64,000 nt of DNA from Malacoraja senta (GCA_038087875.1 CM075999.1:4156001-4220000); one strand, 5' to 3'; counted from the stretch's first letter, positions 1 to 13,251 are shown. Numbers and translations: made by a program. Notes: a model not told the origin generated them from the letters alone.

Positions 1-263
1 GTGTCTGTATTTCTGTGTGTGTGTGTGTGTATCTGTATGTATATCTGTGTGTATGTGTGTGTGTGTATCTGTGTGTGTGTGTATCTGTGTGTGTGTGTGT
101 ATCTGTGTGTGTGTGTGTGTTATCTGTGTCTGTGTGTGTGCGTATCTGTGTCTGTGTGTGTGCGTGTGTATCTGTGTGTGTGTGTGTGTATCTGTGTGTG
201 TGCGTGCATGTGTGTATCTGTGTGTGCGTGTGTGTATCTGTGTGTGTGTGTGCGCGTGTGTGT

Positions 264-301
<38 letters not shown>

Positions 302-485
302 CTGTGTGTGTGTGTGTATCTGTGTGTGTGCGTGTGTATCTGTGTGTGTGTGTGTGTATCTGTGTGTGTGCCTGTGTGTACATGTGTGTGTGCGTGTGTG
401 TATCTGTGGTGGTCTGTGTGTGCGTGTGGTATCTGTGTGTGTGTGTGTGTGTGTATCTGTGTGTATCTGTGTGTGCGTGTGTGTA

Positions 486-526
<41 letters not shown>

Positions 527-611
527 CTGTGTGTGTATCTGTGTGTGCGTGTGTGTATCTGTGTGTGTATCTGTGTGTGCGTGTGTGTATCTGTGTGTGT
601 GTGTGTGTGTG
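1..611. repeat. (TG)n microsatellite with TATC interruptions
   Basis: Continuous GTGT run punctuated by 'tatct'; the Cys/Val-rich ORFs here are artefacts of the repeat. Confidence 0.97.
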
Positions 612-996
612 CCGGACCTACAGATTGCTGCCCATGCACTGGGCCAGTGTTGCAGTGATCCATGGAGCTGATCACATGCGGTGGTGCTCCATGCCACCAC
701 TGCCACGGGCCGCCTGCAGCAGTGCAGCTCATGACCAATGCAGGGCTGCAGTTTATCCGCAGCAATGGAAGCTTCTTCCCAAAACAATCTTAGGACCAAA
801 ATAATCACACATGGCTTCCTTCTCATGAAGAATGCGTCACCTGTTGCTTTGGTGACAAAGTGAGAGGAGTTGCTGCACAGGTTCCAAGGATGAATGATGT
901 TTATTGAACAGATGAAACCTTGCATTTCTCTAGCGCTGTTCACATCCCATTCCTAGTGCTTTACACTGATTCAGTACCAGTGATGATAGACGCAAT

Positions 997-1180
997 ATGC
1001 TGGAGTAACTCAGCAGGACAGGCAGCATCGCTGGAGAGAAGAAATGGGTGATGTTTTGGGTCGAGACCCTTCAGCAGACCCAAAATGCCACCCATTCCTT
1101 CTCTCCAGAGAAGCTGCCTGTCCTGCTGAGTTACTCCAGCATTTTCGGCATAAGCCAGCATCTGCAGTTGCTCCCTACAC
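997..1180. mobile_element. Penelope-derived short repeat, fold-back (inverted pair) copy with degenerate hammerhead core
   Basis: tgctggagtaactcagcaggacaggcagc...gggtcgagaccc followed by its reverse complement ...gctgcctgtcctgctgagttactccagca; same family as the ends of the Penelope element at 29470-30525. Confidence 0.75.
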
Positions 1181-2371
1181 AGTACCAGTGGGGACTGGGC
1201 ATTGAGAGATGGGAGAGGTGCTAGCCCATGTGTGCACAGCTAGATCCCACAATGATACATCGGTAGGAACATTGATCAGGAGATATTGATTAGTCAGAGT
1301 CAATTGCTTCTAGCTGTCAGATACCAATGAGAGACCAGGCTGGGCCCAGGTCACATTCCCTGAATTCTGGAGACATTCCAGAGATTGGAAAAACACAAAT
1401 GTAATGGCTTTATTTAAAAAATAAAGAGAGGTGGAAACTATCTGTGATATCGTGGGTTTAAGTTGAAGGGGAAAAGATTTCATAGGAATCTAAGGGGTAA
1501 CTTTCTTCACACAGAGGGCGGTGGGTGTATGGAACAAGCTGCCATAGGAGGTAGTTGAGGCAGGGACTATGCCAACGTTTAAGAAACAGTTAGACAGGTA
1601 CATGGATAGGACAGGTTTGGAGGGATATGGACCAAACGCGGGTAGGTGGGACTAGTATAGACGGGACATGTTGGTGGTTGTGGGCAAGTAGGGCTGAAGG
1701 GTCTGTTTCTACACTGTATCAAAATGTAGATGGGGTGGTTTGTAAGTTTGCAGGTGGCAGCATAATTGGTGGAGTTACAGACAGTGGGGAAGGTGCAGAG
1801 TGGGATCTAGACCAGAAACAGGCAGATAGTTTCATTGGCAAGACCTTTAACAGCATTGATGTGTAGAGGGATGGTGGAGTCAAAGGCCATCGCTCCATGG
1901 GAGTGGCCAGGCAAGGAGGTAGAGCGGTCAGGCAGACACATGGTCAGGCATATGGTACTCTTTGCTTCATCAGTTGGGGCAGTGAGTCAGAGTCAGGAAG
2001 TCATGTTGTGGTTTAGACTGTTTTGAGTCGACCACGGTTGGAGGATTGTGTGTGGCTCCGGCCGCCACTTTCCCCGAAACATGTGGAGGATTTAGAGGAG
2101 ATGAGGAGGTTTCCCAGAATGCGGAAACAAAGAACTGCAGGTGCTCCTGTACACAAAAGGGCACAAAAGGGCACAAAGTGCTGGAGTAACTCAGCGGGTC
2201 AGGCAGCATCTCTGGATAGAAGGAATGGGGTATCGATTCGGCTCTGAAGAAGGGTCCCGACCGAGAACCTATCGATGTTCTCCACACCTGGAGTATTGTG
2301 CGCAGTTTTGGTCTCCTAATTTGAGGAAGGACATTCTTGCTGTTGAGGGAGTGCACCAGGTTAATTCCCGG

Positions 2372-2468
2372 GTACACAAAAATGCTGGAGAAACTCAGCG
2401 GGTGCAGCAGCATCTATGGAGCAAAGGAGATAGGCAACGTTTCGGGCCGAAACCATTCTTCAGACCCG
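2372..2468 (-). ncRNA. Penelope-derived short insertion carrying a minimal type-I hammerhead ribozyme motif (core about 2432-2468)
   Basis: Minus strand reads gggtCTGAAGAatggtttcggcccGAAACGTTgcct. It interrupts a CR1 fragment and is flanked by duplicated CCCGGG (2367-2372 and 2465-2470). Confidence 0.65.
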
Positions 2469-3473
2469 GGATGGTGGGACTGACATATGATGAAAGAATG
2501 GGTCGATTGGGCTTTGACTGGAATTTAGAAGGATGAGAGTGTGGAGGGACCGGCCAAGTCAGGCAGCATCTGTGGCATGTTTCACTTTGCCCTCCCTGAT
2601 ACTTGATGATACTTTGTGATGACATATCACAGTGAGGCCTAACGTAAACAAGGTATGTAAAAGGTCGCCACGTATAGGGCGGCGATAGCGTTACAATGTG
2701 TTCAATGTGGTCCCAATGGTCTTTGTTCTTGGCCCCCACGCCAGGTTTACCCCCCCACCCATACCCACCGCCACCCACCCATACATTCCCCCCCCCCCCC
2801 CACCCTCCGCGGTCTGGAGTAGGGTCTTGACCCGAAATGTCACCCATTCCGTCCCTCCAGAGATGCTGCCTGTCCCGCTGAGTTACTCCAGCTTCTCGTG
2901 TCTATCTTCGGTTTAAACCAGCATCTGCAGTTCCTTCCTGCATGTTCTCGTGTGTGGTGTGATTGTACTCATACACAGTTTGTTTCAGCTGGTTCTTGTT
3001 TCAGCCCTCACCAAGGTCCTTGAGTCAGCACTCGTATCTGTCAGCTGCACCCTCAGCCCCTGGTGCAGGTAAACTGCAGGAACAAAGCAACTTCTCTAAA
3101 CAACTGTCAGTGACTCCACTGATACACTCCCTGTGTGTGGTTTACATTGCACATTGCATCAACACCAGCTAATTGCTTCAGCTTCCGTTTTCTGCACACC
3201 GTACCACCCCACTGTGATCACCCACCCGTCTGTAGTGACGTCTCCCATTACCTACACTCCTGCTGCTTCAAAAAAATCCCAGGGTTAGTTTAGTTTAGAG
3301 ATACAGCGCGGGTCCAGGCCCTTGGGGAAATTGTAACTTGTCTCCAGGTGTGTAGGATAGTGTGAGTGTGCAGGGTTCGCTGGTCGATGTGGACACTGGG
3401 CCGATGGGTCTGTTTCATGCCTTATCCCTAAACTAAACCAAACACCACTGTTTGGTGATGAATTATCCATTTC

Positions 3474-4462
3474 ATAGAAACATAGAAACATAGAAAAATA
3501 GGTGCAGGAGTAGGCCATTCGGCCCTTCGAGCCTGCACCGCCATTCAATATGATCATGGCTGATCATCCAACTCAGTATCCTGTACCTGCTTTCTCTCCA
3601 TACCCCCTGATCTCTTTAGCCACAAGGGCCACATCTAACTCCCTCTTAAATATAGCCAATGAACTGGCCTCAACTACCCTCTGTGGCAGAGAGTTCCAGA
3701 GATTCACCACTCTCTGTGTAAAAAATGTTTTTCTCATCTCAGTCCTAAAAGATTTCCCCTTTATCCTTAAATTGTGATCCCTTGTTCTGGACTTTCCCCA
3801 ACATCGGGAACAATCTACCTGCATCTAGCCTGCCAACCCCTTAAGAATTTTGTAAGTTTCTATAAGATCCCCCCTCAATCTTCTAAATTCTAGCGAGTAC
3901 AAGCCAAGCCTATCCAGTCTTTCTTCATATGAAAGTCCTGACATCCCAGGAATCAGTCTGGTGAACCCTTTTCACCAAGACCCTGTACAACTGCAGTAGA
4001 ACCTCCCTGCTCCCTATACTCAAATCCTTTTGCTATGAATGCTAACATAACATTTGCTTTCTTCACTGCCTGCTGCACCTGCATGCCTACTTTCAATGAC
4101 TGGTGTACCATGACACCCAGGTCTCGTTGCATCTCCCCTTTTCCTAATCGGCCACCATTCAGGTAATAGTCTACTTTCCTGTTTTTGCCACCAAGGTGGA
4201 TAACCTCACATTTATCCACATTATACTGCATCTCCACTCACCCAGCCTATCCAAGTCATCTTGCAGCCTCCTAGCACCCTCCTCACAGCTAACACTGCCC
4301 CCCAGCTTCGGACATCCACAAACTTGGAGATGTTGCATTCAATTCCCTCGTCCAAATCATTAATATATATTGTAAATAGCTGGGGTCCCAGCACTGAGCC
4401 TTGCGGTACCCCACTAGTCACTGCCTGCCATTCTGAAAAGGACCCGTTTACTCCTACTCTTT
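3474..4462 (-). mobile_element. CR1 LINE 3' fragment (RT C-terminal part plus tail), degenerate
   Basis: Translations [21 protein letters not shown] and FFTQRVVNLWNSLP; (CATAGAAA)n tail at the left end. Confidence 0.92.
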
Positions 4463-4656
4463 GCACGGGTATTGTTGTGGTGATGAAGCTCATGTGGCCA
4501 GTGACCACAGTATGCACACGGGGTCCACTACAGACACGGCAACTCTACAAACTCTTATACCTCGGCTTCCTTATTCTTGCAGTAAACGTCAGGTCACAGG
4601 TCATGTTCTGCAGGAACTCAGGCAGCTGAAGGTCTGGCAAGGTGCTGGAGTGATGC

Positions 4657-5110
4657 ACGTGTGTGGGTCAGTGTGTGGATCTGTGTGTGGGTCAGTGTGT
4701 GGGTCCGTGTGTGGGTCCGTGTGTGGGTCTGTGGTGGAGAGGTACATGTGTGTGGGTCCGTGTGTGAGTCTGTGTGTGGGTCTGTGTGTGGGTCTGTGTG
4801 TGGGTCAGTGTGTGGGTCAGTGTGTGGGTCCGTGTGTGTGTCTGTGTGTGGGTCTGTGCGTGGGTCCATGTGTGGGTCTGTGTGTGGGTCTGTGTGTGGG
4901 TGTGTGTGGGGTCCGTGTGGGTCTGTGTGTGGAGAGGTACATGTGTGTGGGTCTGTGTGTGGGTCCGTGTGTGGGTCTGTGTGTGGGTCTGTGTGTGGAG
5001 AGGTACATGTGTGTGGGTCCGTGTGTGGGTCCGTGTGTGGGTCTGTGTGTGGGTCTGTGTGTGGGTCTGTGTGTGGGTCAGTGTGTGGGTCTGTGTGTGG
5101 AGAGGTACAC
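4657..5110. repeat. ~12-bp minisatellite (GTGTGTGGGTCT variants)
   Basis: Tandem gtgtgtgggtc(t/c/a) units with periodic 'ggagaggtacat' inserts. Confidence 0.95.
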
Positions 5111-5205
5111 GTGGGGACATTGGTCTGTGAATGAGAAATAGGACGAGACAAGAGAGAAGATGAGATGAGGACAACAGTTTAAGGGGCAGCTGGAGGAGGC
5201 GGAGG

Positions 5206-6776
5206 AACAATAGACAATAGGTGCAGGAGGAGGCCATTCTGCCCGCACCTCCATTCGAGCCAGCACCTCCATTCAATGTCATCATGGCTGATCATCCACA
5301 ATCAGTACCCCGTTCCTGCCTTCTCCCCATATCCCCTGACCGCTATCTTTAAGAGCCCTATCTAGCTCTCTCTTGAAAGTATCCTGAGAACCAGCCTCCA
5401 ACGCCCTCTGAGGCAGAGAATACCACAGATTCACAACTCTCTGTAAGAAAAAGTGTTTCCTCGTCTCCGTTCTAAATGGCTTACCCCTTATTCTTAAACT
5501 GTGGCCCTGGTTCTGGACTCCCCCAACATCGGGAACATGTTTCCTGCCTCTAGTGTGTCTAAACCCTTAATAATCTTATGTGTTTCAATAAGATTCCCTC
5601 TCATCCTTCTAAATTCCAGAGTATACAAGCCCAGCCGCTCCATTCTCTCAGTATATGACAGTCCCGCCATCCTGGGAATTAACTTTGTGAACCTACGCTG
5701 CACTCCCTCAATAGCAAGAATGTCCTTCCTGAAATTTGGAGACCAAAACTGCACACAATACTCCAGGTGTGGTCTCACTAGGGCCCTATACAACTGCAGA
5801 AGGACCTCTTTGCTCCTATACTCCCCTTTGTCCCCTCCCCTTTGCATCTCTGTCTTACTGCTCTATTTTGTTTTGTTCTTGACTCTCCATGTAAAGCGAC
5901 TTTGAGTCCTTGAAAGCGCTATACAAATAAAATGTATTATTATTATTATTATTATTATACTCGACTTCTCTTGTCATAAAGGCCAACATGCCATTCGCTT
6001 CATTCACTGCCTGCTACACTGCATGCTTACTTTCATAGACTTATGAACAAGGACCCCAAATCTCGTTGTACTTCCCCTTTTCCCAACTTGACGCCATTTA
6101 GATAGTAATCTGCCTTCCTGTTTTTGTTACCAAAGTGGATAACCTCACATTTATCGACATTAAACTGCATCTGCCATGCATCTGCCCACTCACCCAACCC
6201 TGTCCAAGTCACCCTGCATTCTCATAGCATCCTCCTCACAGTTCACACTGCCACCCAGCTTTGTGTCATCTGCAAATTTGCTAATGTTACTTTTAATCTC
6301 TTCGTCTAAATCACTAATTGTAAATAGCTGCGGTCCCAGCACCAGGCCTTGCGGTACCCCACTAGTCACTGCCTGCCATTCTGAAAGGGACCTGTTAATC
6401 CCTACTCTTTGTTTCCTGTCTGCCAACCAATTTTCTATCCATGTCAGCACTCTACCCCCAATACCATGTGCCCTAATTTTTGCCCACTATTCTCCTTTGT
6501 GGGACCTTATCAAATGCTTTCTGAAAGTCCAGGTACACTACATCCACTGGCTCTCCTTGTCCATTTTCCTAGTTACATCCTCAAAGAATTCCAGAAGATT
6601 AGTCAAGCATGATTTCCCCTTCGTAAATCCATGCTGACTCGGACCGATCCTGTTACTGCTATCAAATGTGTGGCTATTTCATCTTTTATAATTGACTCCA
6701 GCATCTTCCCCACCACCGATGTCAGGCTAACTGGTCTATAATTCCCTGTTTTCTCTCTCCCGCCTTTCTTAAAAAG
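5206..6776 (-). mobile_element. CR1 LINE 3' fragment (~1.5 kb), interrupted by an L2-tail insertion
   Basis: Minus-strand translations include WIENWLADRKQRVGIN...GVPQG...FADDTKL and LVRPHLEYCVQFWSP. Confidence 0.92.
5824..5958 (+). mobile_element. Short L2 3'-tail insertion (SINE-like or extremely truncated L2)
   Basis: Nearly identical to the 3' UTR of the L2 at ~33405-33525 (ctctgtcttactgctctattttg...gtaaagcgactttgagtcc...aaagcgctata...(TAT)n); flanked by TATACTC at 5817-5823 and 5956-5962. Confidence 0.8.
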
Positions 6777-7006
6777 TGGGTCATGGTCACCGTACTGTCG
6801 GGGACATTGTGGTGACCCTCACTCAGCATTACAGCACTCTGCCACACACAGGACTTGTTGCTAGATTCAGATTAGTCCTCAAAATATGTTCCAATCAAAA
6901 TTATAAGGTTTGTAAAATGGATAAAAGGGATTATTCTCTGGATGTTTATGTTCATCATTGAAAACATCAGTTAAATGTCATAAACATCGCAGGCCTCTGC
7001 TGAGAG

Positions 7007-7206
7007 NNNNNNNNNNNNNNNNNNNNNNNNNNNNNNNNNNNNNNNNNNNNNNNNNNNNNNNNNNNNNNNNNNNNNNNNNNNNNNNNNNNNNNNNNNNNNN
7101 NNNNNNNNNNNNNNNNNNNNNNNNNNNNNNNNNNNNNNNNNNNNNNNNNNNNNNNNNNNNNNNNNNNNNNNNNNNNNNNNNNNNNNNNNNNNNNNNNNNN
7201 NNNNNN
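7007..7206. other. Assembly gap (200 N)
   Basis: Run of N. Confidence 1.
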
Positions 7207-8939
7207 GTGCAGCAACAGCAAGCTGTTTGGTTCTCTTGGCTTAGCCTGCTGTTGGCACACAGTTCCCTGGCAACAGGCATGTTTATGTGGGGGGGAGGCT
7301 GGTGATGTTTCAAGCATTGGCCAGGTGAATCTGCATCAAAACAACCTCTCACTGTCTCTGCTCCTGAGGAGTCCCAGCTCCCAGCTCTGTCTCTTCCTAA
7401 AGGAATGTCTTGTTCAACAGTGAAACCAAGCACCTCCAAACAGCCTTATTTACACGTGTGCCAATTCTCAGCGGAGAGGCTAAAAACCGACGAGTCAGCA
7501 CAGACTAGCAAAGTCAGGAACCAAAACTCCCTGAAGCTTGGCTTTGAAATGGCTCAGGTGAAAGGTCAATTGCTATCTCTGTTTCTTATTCCACAGTCAC
7601 TACTTCCAGAATGTTCTTTGAAGTGAGATCAGTTCCCTGGTCTGGAAACACTGTCAGTCCAGAGAGGAGAGGTTTGCCACTCATGGCCTGCGATACCAGC
7701 CCTCTACTCTGGTAGCTCACACCTTGATAACACATTGCAGGCTGTGCATGTCAGGCCTCAGTGTAGTCAACACCATCTCTGGACTGGATCTAGATCCCTG
7801 CTCTGCCCCTCTCCTTCCTCTCTCTCCCTCACTCTCTCTTTCTCATTCTCCCTCCTCTCCCTCCTCTGCTGCTTCTTCTGTTCCTCTCCCTCTCTCCAGA
7901 TTCTTTCTTCTTCCCTCTTTCTTTTTCCACCCACTTGTCTCTCTCTCTCGCTCACACTCTCTCTCTCATATACAGACCCACCACCATACAGAGGCAAGCA
8001 CCACACTCACATTATTGAAAAAGTACCATGGAAATCTGACTTCCAAAAACACCAGCGCTTGAGAAAGCCACAGAGAAGAGCGGCCCAGAACCCGATTGTT
8101 GTTCAGTAAAGTTACACAGAGTCGGCCGGCCATGCTGTCTGGACAGAATCTAACAATGTTTAATAGGGAAGCCCATTGTCCAACTGCAGGCGCTGATGTC
8201 CAGAGAAAGAAGCAGATCATGCTCCTGGACTCTTCATCAGGCAGAACGTAGATAGAGAGGGTGGAAACAGGCCCTTCCAATTGCACCAGCCAATATGTCT
8301 CAGCTACACTAGTCCCCCCTGGCCTCCAAACCTGTCCTATCCATGTACTGACAAGTGTTCTTAAACTTGGGATAGTCCCCGCCTCAACTACCTCCTCCGG
8401 CAGCTCGTGCCATACACCCACCACCCTTTGTGTGAAAAGGTTACCCCTCAGATTCCTATTAAATCTTCTCCCCGTCATCTAAACCTCTGTCCTCTGGTCC
8501 TCGATTCCCCTACTCTGGGCAAGAGACTGTGCAAGAATGTCTCGATGCAAGAACCAGGGTCCATCCTCCCCTGGGACTATCCCACTCAGCCAGTGGTTAA
8601 TGCAATCTTTCTCCTCCCTTTATTGACACCACGACATCTACAACAGGCCCCAGAGGCAGGCTGACTGACACACAGTCGCTGGTGTGAAGGGACCAAACTA
8701 TGAACTGCACTCCGTGGCTTTGAAGCTTTTAGTGTCTCTGCACACAGACAATGAAAGATCTGTAAACATTCACAGCCTCCCTCGGGCAAACCATCAGTCG
8801 CTCGTCAGTACAGCTCCAGAATCGTGGGGGCCACTGTACGCACCCCTTCACACTCAGGGTTGTAACTGAAAGAAAGCATGAAACATCACATGGACCCAAT
8901 CACAACCACAGCCCATCAACGCCACTAGAGAAGATCGAG

Positions 8940-9520
8940 GACAACAAATACTCAATCAAACTTCCACAGGTGTAGAGTAGAGAGCACACTGACTGCTTGC
9001 AACATCTCCTGGTTCAGTAACTCAGAGGCAAAGGAACGAAGGAGATTACAGCAAGTGGTGGACACTGCCCAGTCCATCACAGGTACTGACCTCCCCACCA
9101 CACACTGCCCAGTCCATCACAGGTACTGACCTCCCCACCAGTGAAGGGATCTACAGGAGGTGCTGCCTCAAAAAGGCAGCCAGCATCATCAGAGACCCAC
9201 AACACCCTGGCCACGCTCTCATCTCGCTGCTACCATGGGGAAGAAGGTACAGGAGCCTGAAAACTGTGACCTCCAGGTTCAAGAACAGCTTCTTCCCAAC
9301 AACCATCAGGCTCTTGAACACTGCACAACACTGACCTCAGCAACTGTGATCTAACATGGACTGTGTCTGTGGTTGCTCTACAGACTGTGGTTTTGCACTG
9401 TTAGGGTTACCGAGTATTACTGGTTATTAATATATTGGATTATTATTATACATTTTTATTCAGTGTTATTGCATTTACAGCTCCTGGTATTTATAACAAT
9501 GAAACACTCTTGACTCGACT
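8940..9520 (+). mobile_element. Old Rex1/Babar-like LINE 3' fragment with an internal ~41-bp tandem duplication
   Basis: Resembles the 3' parts of 24185-25600 and 43080-43715; acactgcccagtccatcacaggtactgacctccccacca is duplicated at ~9062 and ~9103. Confidence 0.6.
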
Positions 9521-9989
9521 TGCAAAACCTTTCTCTTTCAATGAGAATAGTCTTGTGAAGGTGACAGACAGCAGAAGCACTCCGTGAGTGACCGAGTGCG
9601 GTCCATGACTGACCAGCCGCTGATGGGCAGTGATGAATCAAATGGATTCTAATTGAGTTCTCTACCTGATGCTAATGCTTTACAGATGAGGTGCAACGTC
9701 TAACCATCCCCACGCTCTTCATTATTAAAACGCTCATAAAAGATTGGAGGAGCTGATGAAATGTTGGTCATTAAGATGCCTTTTTTATAATGTCTTTATT
9801 TCTTGCATTGATAGTGTTCCTTCATTGCCCAGCTCAATGCTGGAGGAAGGGAAAGCAAACCAAGGTTTGGCAAGTCAACTGAGGAGCAGTGAAATGCAGA
9901 CACAAGGAACTGCAGCTGCTGGTTTACAAAAAAGACACAAAGTGCTGGAGTAACTCAGCGGGTCAGGCAGCATCTCTGGAGAACATTTA

Positions 9990-10236
9990 TTTTCGAAAAA
10001 TAAACTTTATTCCGAATAAAAGTTATATACAAAACATAAAACTGCACAAACTTTTATTGGCCCCTTGTGTGAGGGGTGTCCCCACCGGACTTTGACCCTC
10101 AATGTCCAGCAGCGGAAGGACCCTAGACTGTGGTGCTTCCCCACAGAGCCTTGGCGTTGGCTGCACCGAGCTTCAGTGCGTCCCTCAGCACGTACTCCTG
10201 CAGTCTGCAGCGGGCCAGTCGGCAACATTCCCCGAT
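9990..10236 (-). mobile_element. Tx1/L1-clade LINE 3' end
   Basis: Minus strand encodes IGECCRLARCRLQEYVLRDALKLGAANAKALWGSTTV*, resembling the ORF2 C-terminus of fish/shark Tx1-like elements (recalled motif); followed by AATAAA motifs. Confidence 0.6.
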
Positions 10237-11114
10237 GAATATTTAGTTTATTTTAGTTTAGTTTAGAGATACAGCGCGAAAACATACCCTTCAGCCCACC
10301 GAGTCGGCGCAGACCAGCGATCGTCGAACACTAACATTATCCTACACACCAGGGACAATTTACAATTCTTACTGAAGCCAATTAAATTACAAGCCTTTAC
10401 ATCTTGTTCTGCAACAAGTCTCAGACCAAAGAGGATTGTTTACTGAGTTGATGAATTTCCGAATATGCCAACTGGGTCAGGACGGACAAGCTGGGCCGAA
10501 GGGCCTGCTTTCATGTTGTACAGCTCTGAGAGGGTGGATCAAACACACAAGGACTTAAATATTCATGAGTGTTCAGGATTTGGAATATTAAAGTGCGATG
10601 TGAATGAATATTCATTCCAATATCCAGAGGCACTAATCACATTTGTAGCAGGTTGTGTAAAGTGTTGAAACTCTAGCGATCTCTGGTAACCTCAGCACAG
10701 CTGCAGATTAACAGGGAAATAATCTGCTGTTGTAAACCTGCCCTCGATGGCACTCTCATTGGCATGCATGTATGATCCTACTTCACACTAAGGAGTGAAG
10801 AAGGCTTGTATCTCCGCTGTTAAACTGAGGCCCTGCAATCCCCTGGTGACGTGATGCTGGTTCTCCCGAGTGCCCTGGATGGGTCACATCCGTCACCGAG
10901 CACGGCTTTGAACACTGATTTCTGGTGATCTCATTGATGTTGGTAGGAAGCTGAAGAGTGGATGCTCTGGCTCCCTGCAGCCAATGGCTACAAATATTCT
11001 CGACATTGTCCCTTGGAGAGTGTAGACCCGGGGGACAGTACAACAAATTCACCCCCCTCAGCTGCTAATAAAGTCTGAAGGGTCTTGACCCGAAACGTCA
11101 CTCATCCATGTTCT

Positions 11115-11565
11115 CCCGTGGTGCAGCGGGTAGAGCTGCTGCCTCACAGCGCCAGAGACCGCGGTTCGATCCTGACCTCGGGTGGTGTCTGTTCGAAGCT
11201 TGTACGTTCTCCCCGTGACCACGTGGGTTCTCTCCTGGTGCTAAGGCTTCCTCCCACATTCCCAAGACGTGCAGGTTTGTAGGTTAAAGGTAGACACAAA
11301 ACGCTGGAGTAACTCAGCGAGACAGGCAGCAAACCTGGAGAGAAGGAATCCAAACGCTGAGTTACTCCGGTATTTCGTGTCTACCTTCAATTTAAACCGG
11401 CATCTGCAGTTCTTTCTTACACAGATTTGTAGGTTAATTGGTTTATGTAAACTGTCCCTAGTGTGTAGAATATGAAAATGGGATAACACAGAAGTGATGT
11501 GTGGGTGATTGATGGTAGGCGTGGGATGAAGGGCCTGTTTTCCATGCGGTATCCCTAAACTAAAA
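11115..11565 (+). mobile_element. tRNA-derived V-SINE (HE1-like) interrupted by a Penelope-derived fold-back insertion (11288-11425)
   Basis: A-box-like GTGGTGCAGCGGG, B-box GGTTCGATCC, V-domain-like ctccccgtgacc...ttcctcccaca, and a CR1-like tail; insertion flanked by duplicated TTTGTAGGTTAA (11276-11287 and 11426-11437). Confidence 0.8.
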
Positions 11566-13251
11566 GATGCTTCCTGACCCGCTGAAGTTACTCCTGCATT
11601 TTGTGTCATTTTGTCGACGCCAGTAATACTCCATTTTAATCACGTGTCTCATTACTTTTTCAAACAGATCAAGCAGTCTTTTAATTATTCTCAAACACTT
11701 GGACTGAAGGATTTGAATTGAAAGCTTTGTGTCAACTCATTGTACAGGAAAGCAAATAGACGGACTTATCAGCTCATGCCCAGTACACAAAGCTGCACAT
11801 TTACCAGCAGCTCCTGGCTGCAGGGAGAGGCATCATGTCCGTATCAGTCAAGGTCACTCACTCCAGCACCAGAGCTGATTGTGAACGCGGCCTTGAGCAG
11901 ATTGTCCAATGGTTTTCACAGCAGCACCGACACTGGGTCGTGGGCCAGCAGTCCCTGTCTGGGCTAGAAGATCAGTCCTCAGCGGGGAGCTCCAAACCTC
12001 AGCGAGCGATGATTCTTCCCTCACTCTTTTACAGTTTACAGTGGGGACAGGGGGGGGGGGGGGGGGGGCCCTCACTGGCCCAGTGCCCCCTCCTTCGGAA
12101 ACCAAACAAATTCTGCTCCCGACAATGAATGCCGCCGCCGCCACAGTCGCTATACAGCACGGAAACAGGCCCTTCAGCCCAACTTGTCCTTGCCGACCAA
12201 GTTGGCATATTGGGCCATTTACCTGTATCTGGCCCATACTTCGAGACAAACGTCAAATTATCGGCTGATTTAAATGAAGCAAGTTTGATGAGACTTCATT
12301 CAAAGTGAGTCAGTGCAGGACTTGGTCGGGGATGGTCGGGACAGTAGGTCCCGGTGACTGAAGAGCACTCGTTTAACCGATAAGGTGAAGGGTGAGCTGA
12401 CAGCTTCTCGCTGCCTCTGGCTGCACTGGTGCGAGTTGGAGCAGATCCCTCAGCGTTGGATCTAGAGTTCATCAGGTCACTGTTCAGCTACAAAGTAGAG
12501 ATGCTGTTCCCACTTTATCAGTAGACAGCTCGAGATCTCGCCCGGCTGACATTCTTGCTCAAGTACATCACACTGGTCACAATTATCGCCCGAGACCTTC
12601 AGTCTTATCCAGCATTCCGTGTACATTCCATCCCAGTCCTCCATGAAGACTTCACCAAACGCGATTAAATCAGAGCTAGTGACAGCGCCACCGTAAGGAC
12701 CCTCCAGCATGGACAGTCGTTTCATTGTTCTACATACTTGGGCTTGCACTAAAATGGCCTTGCTCCCGTAGTACTCACCAGTTATTGTGCTGCTGTTTAT
12801 GGTCTATTTATTGATGGCGTTGTGTTAATGGGCCCGTACGGCCACAGCAAATACAAATGTCATAGTTCTGTTCCCTGTGACTAGAATCATGCAATTGTTA
12901 CCATACCTTGAGTCAATGTCCATGATACACGGATCAAAATGTATCCCCCCTGAACGCTGATATTACCGAGGTTCACCCCTGCTCTGCTGTCCCATCAGTT
13001 ACAGAGACAACCTCCTGAATAATGGATGGATACGTTGGTTTAAGTAGCAGCTTGTCACATCTAGTGCACACATTAACTAGCGGGGTGATTTATCACCATA
13101 TTTATGATCACTACTGTCTGAGCTCAGCTCCCGACACCCCCAACACTCGGACAGTGCCCCGTTTCAGACTAATGTATCAAATCAACTCTTTGATCTCTCC
13201 ATTTCCCTTCCATTGAAGCAGATTGGTGCAGATCACCCTCTCAGCACTGTA

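Noticed and set aside
1..804. Cys/Val-rich ORFs (also 4461-5285, 41077-41441, 45785-46344)
   Set aside because: Translations of micro/minisatellites.
11115..11190. tRNA gene
   Set aside because: The A/B boxes belong to a SINE head continuing into a V-domain and LINE-like tail; no complete cloverleaf.
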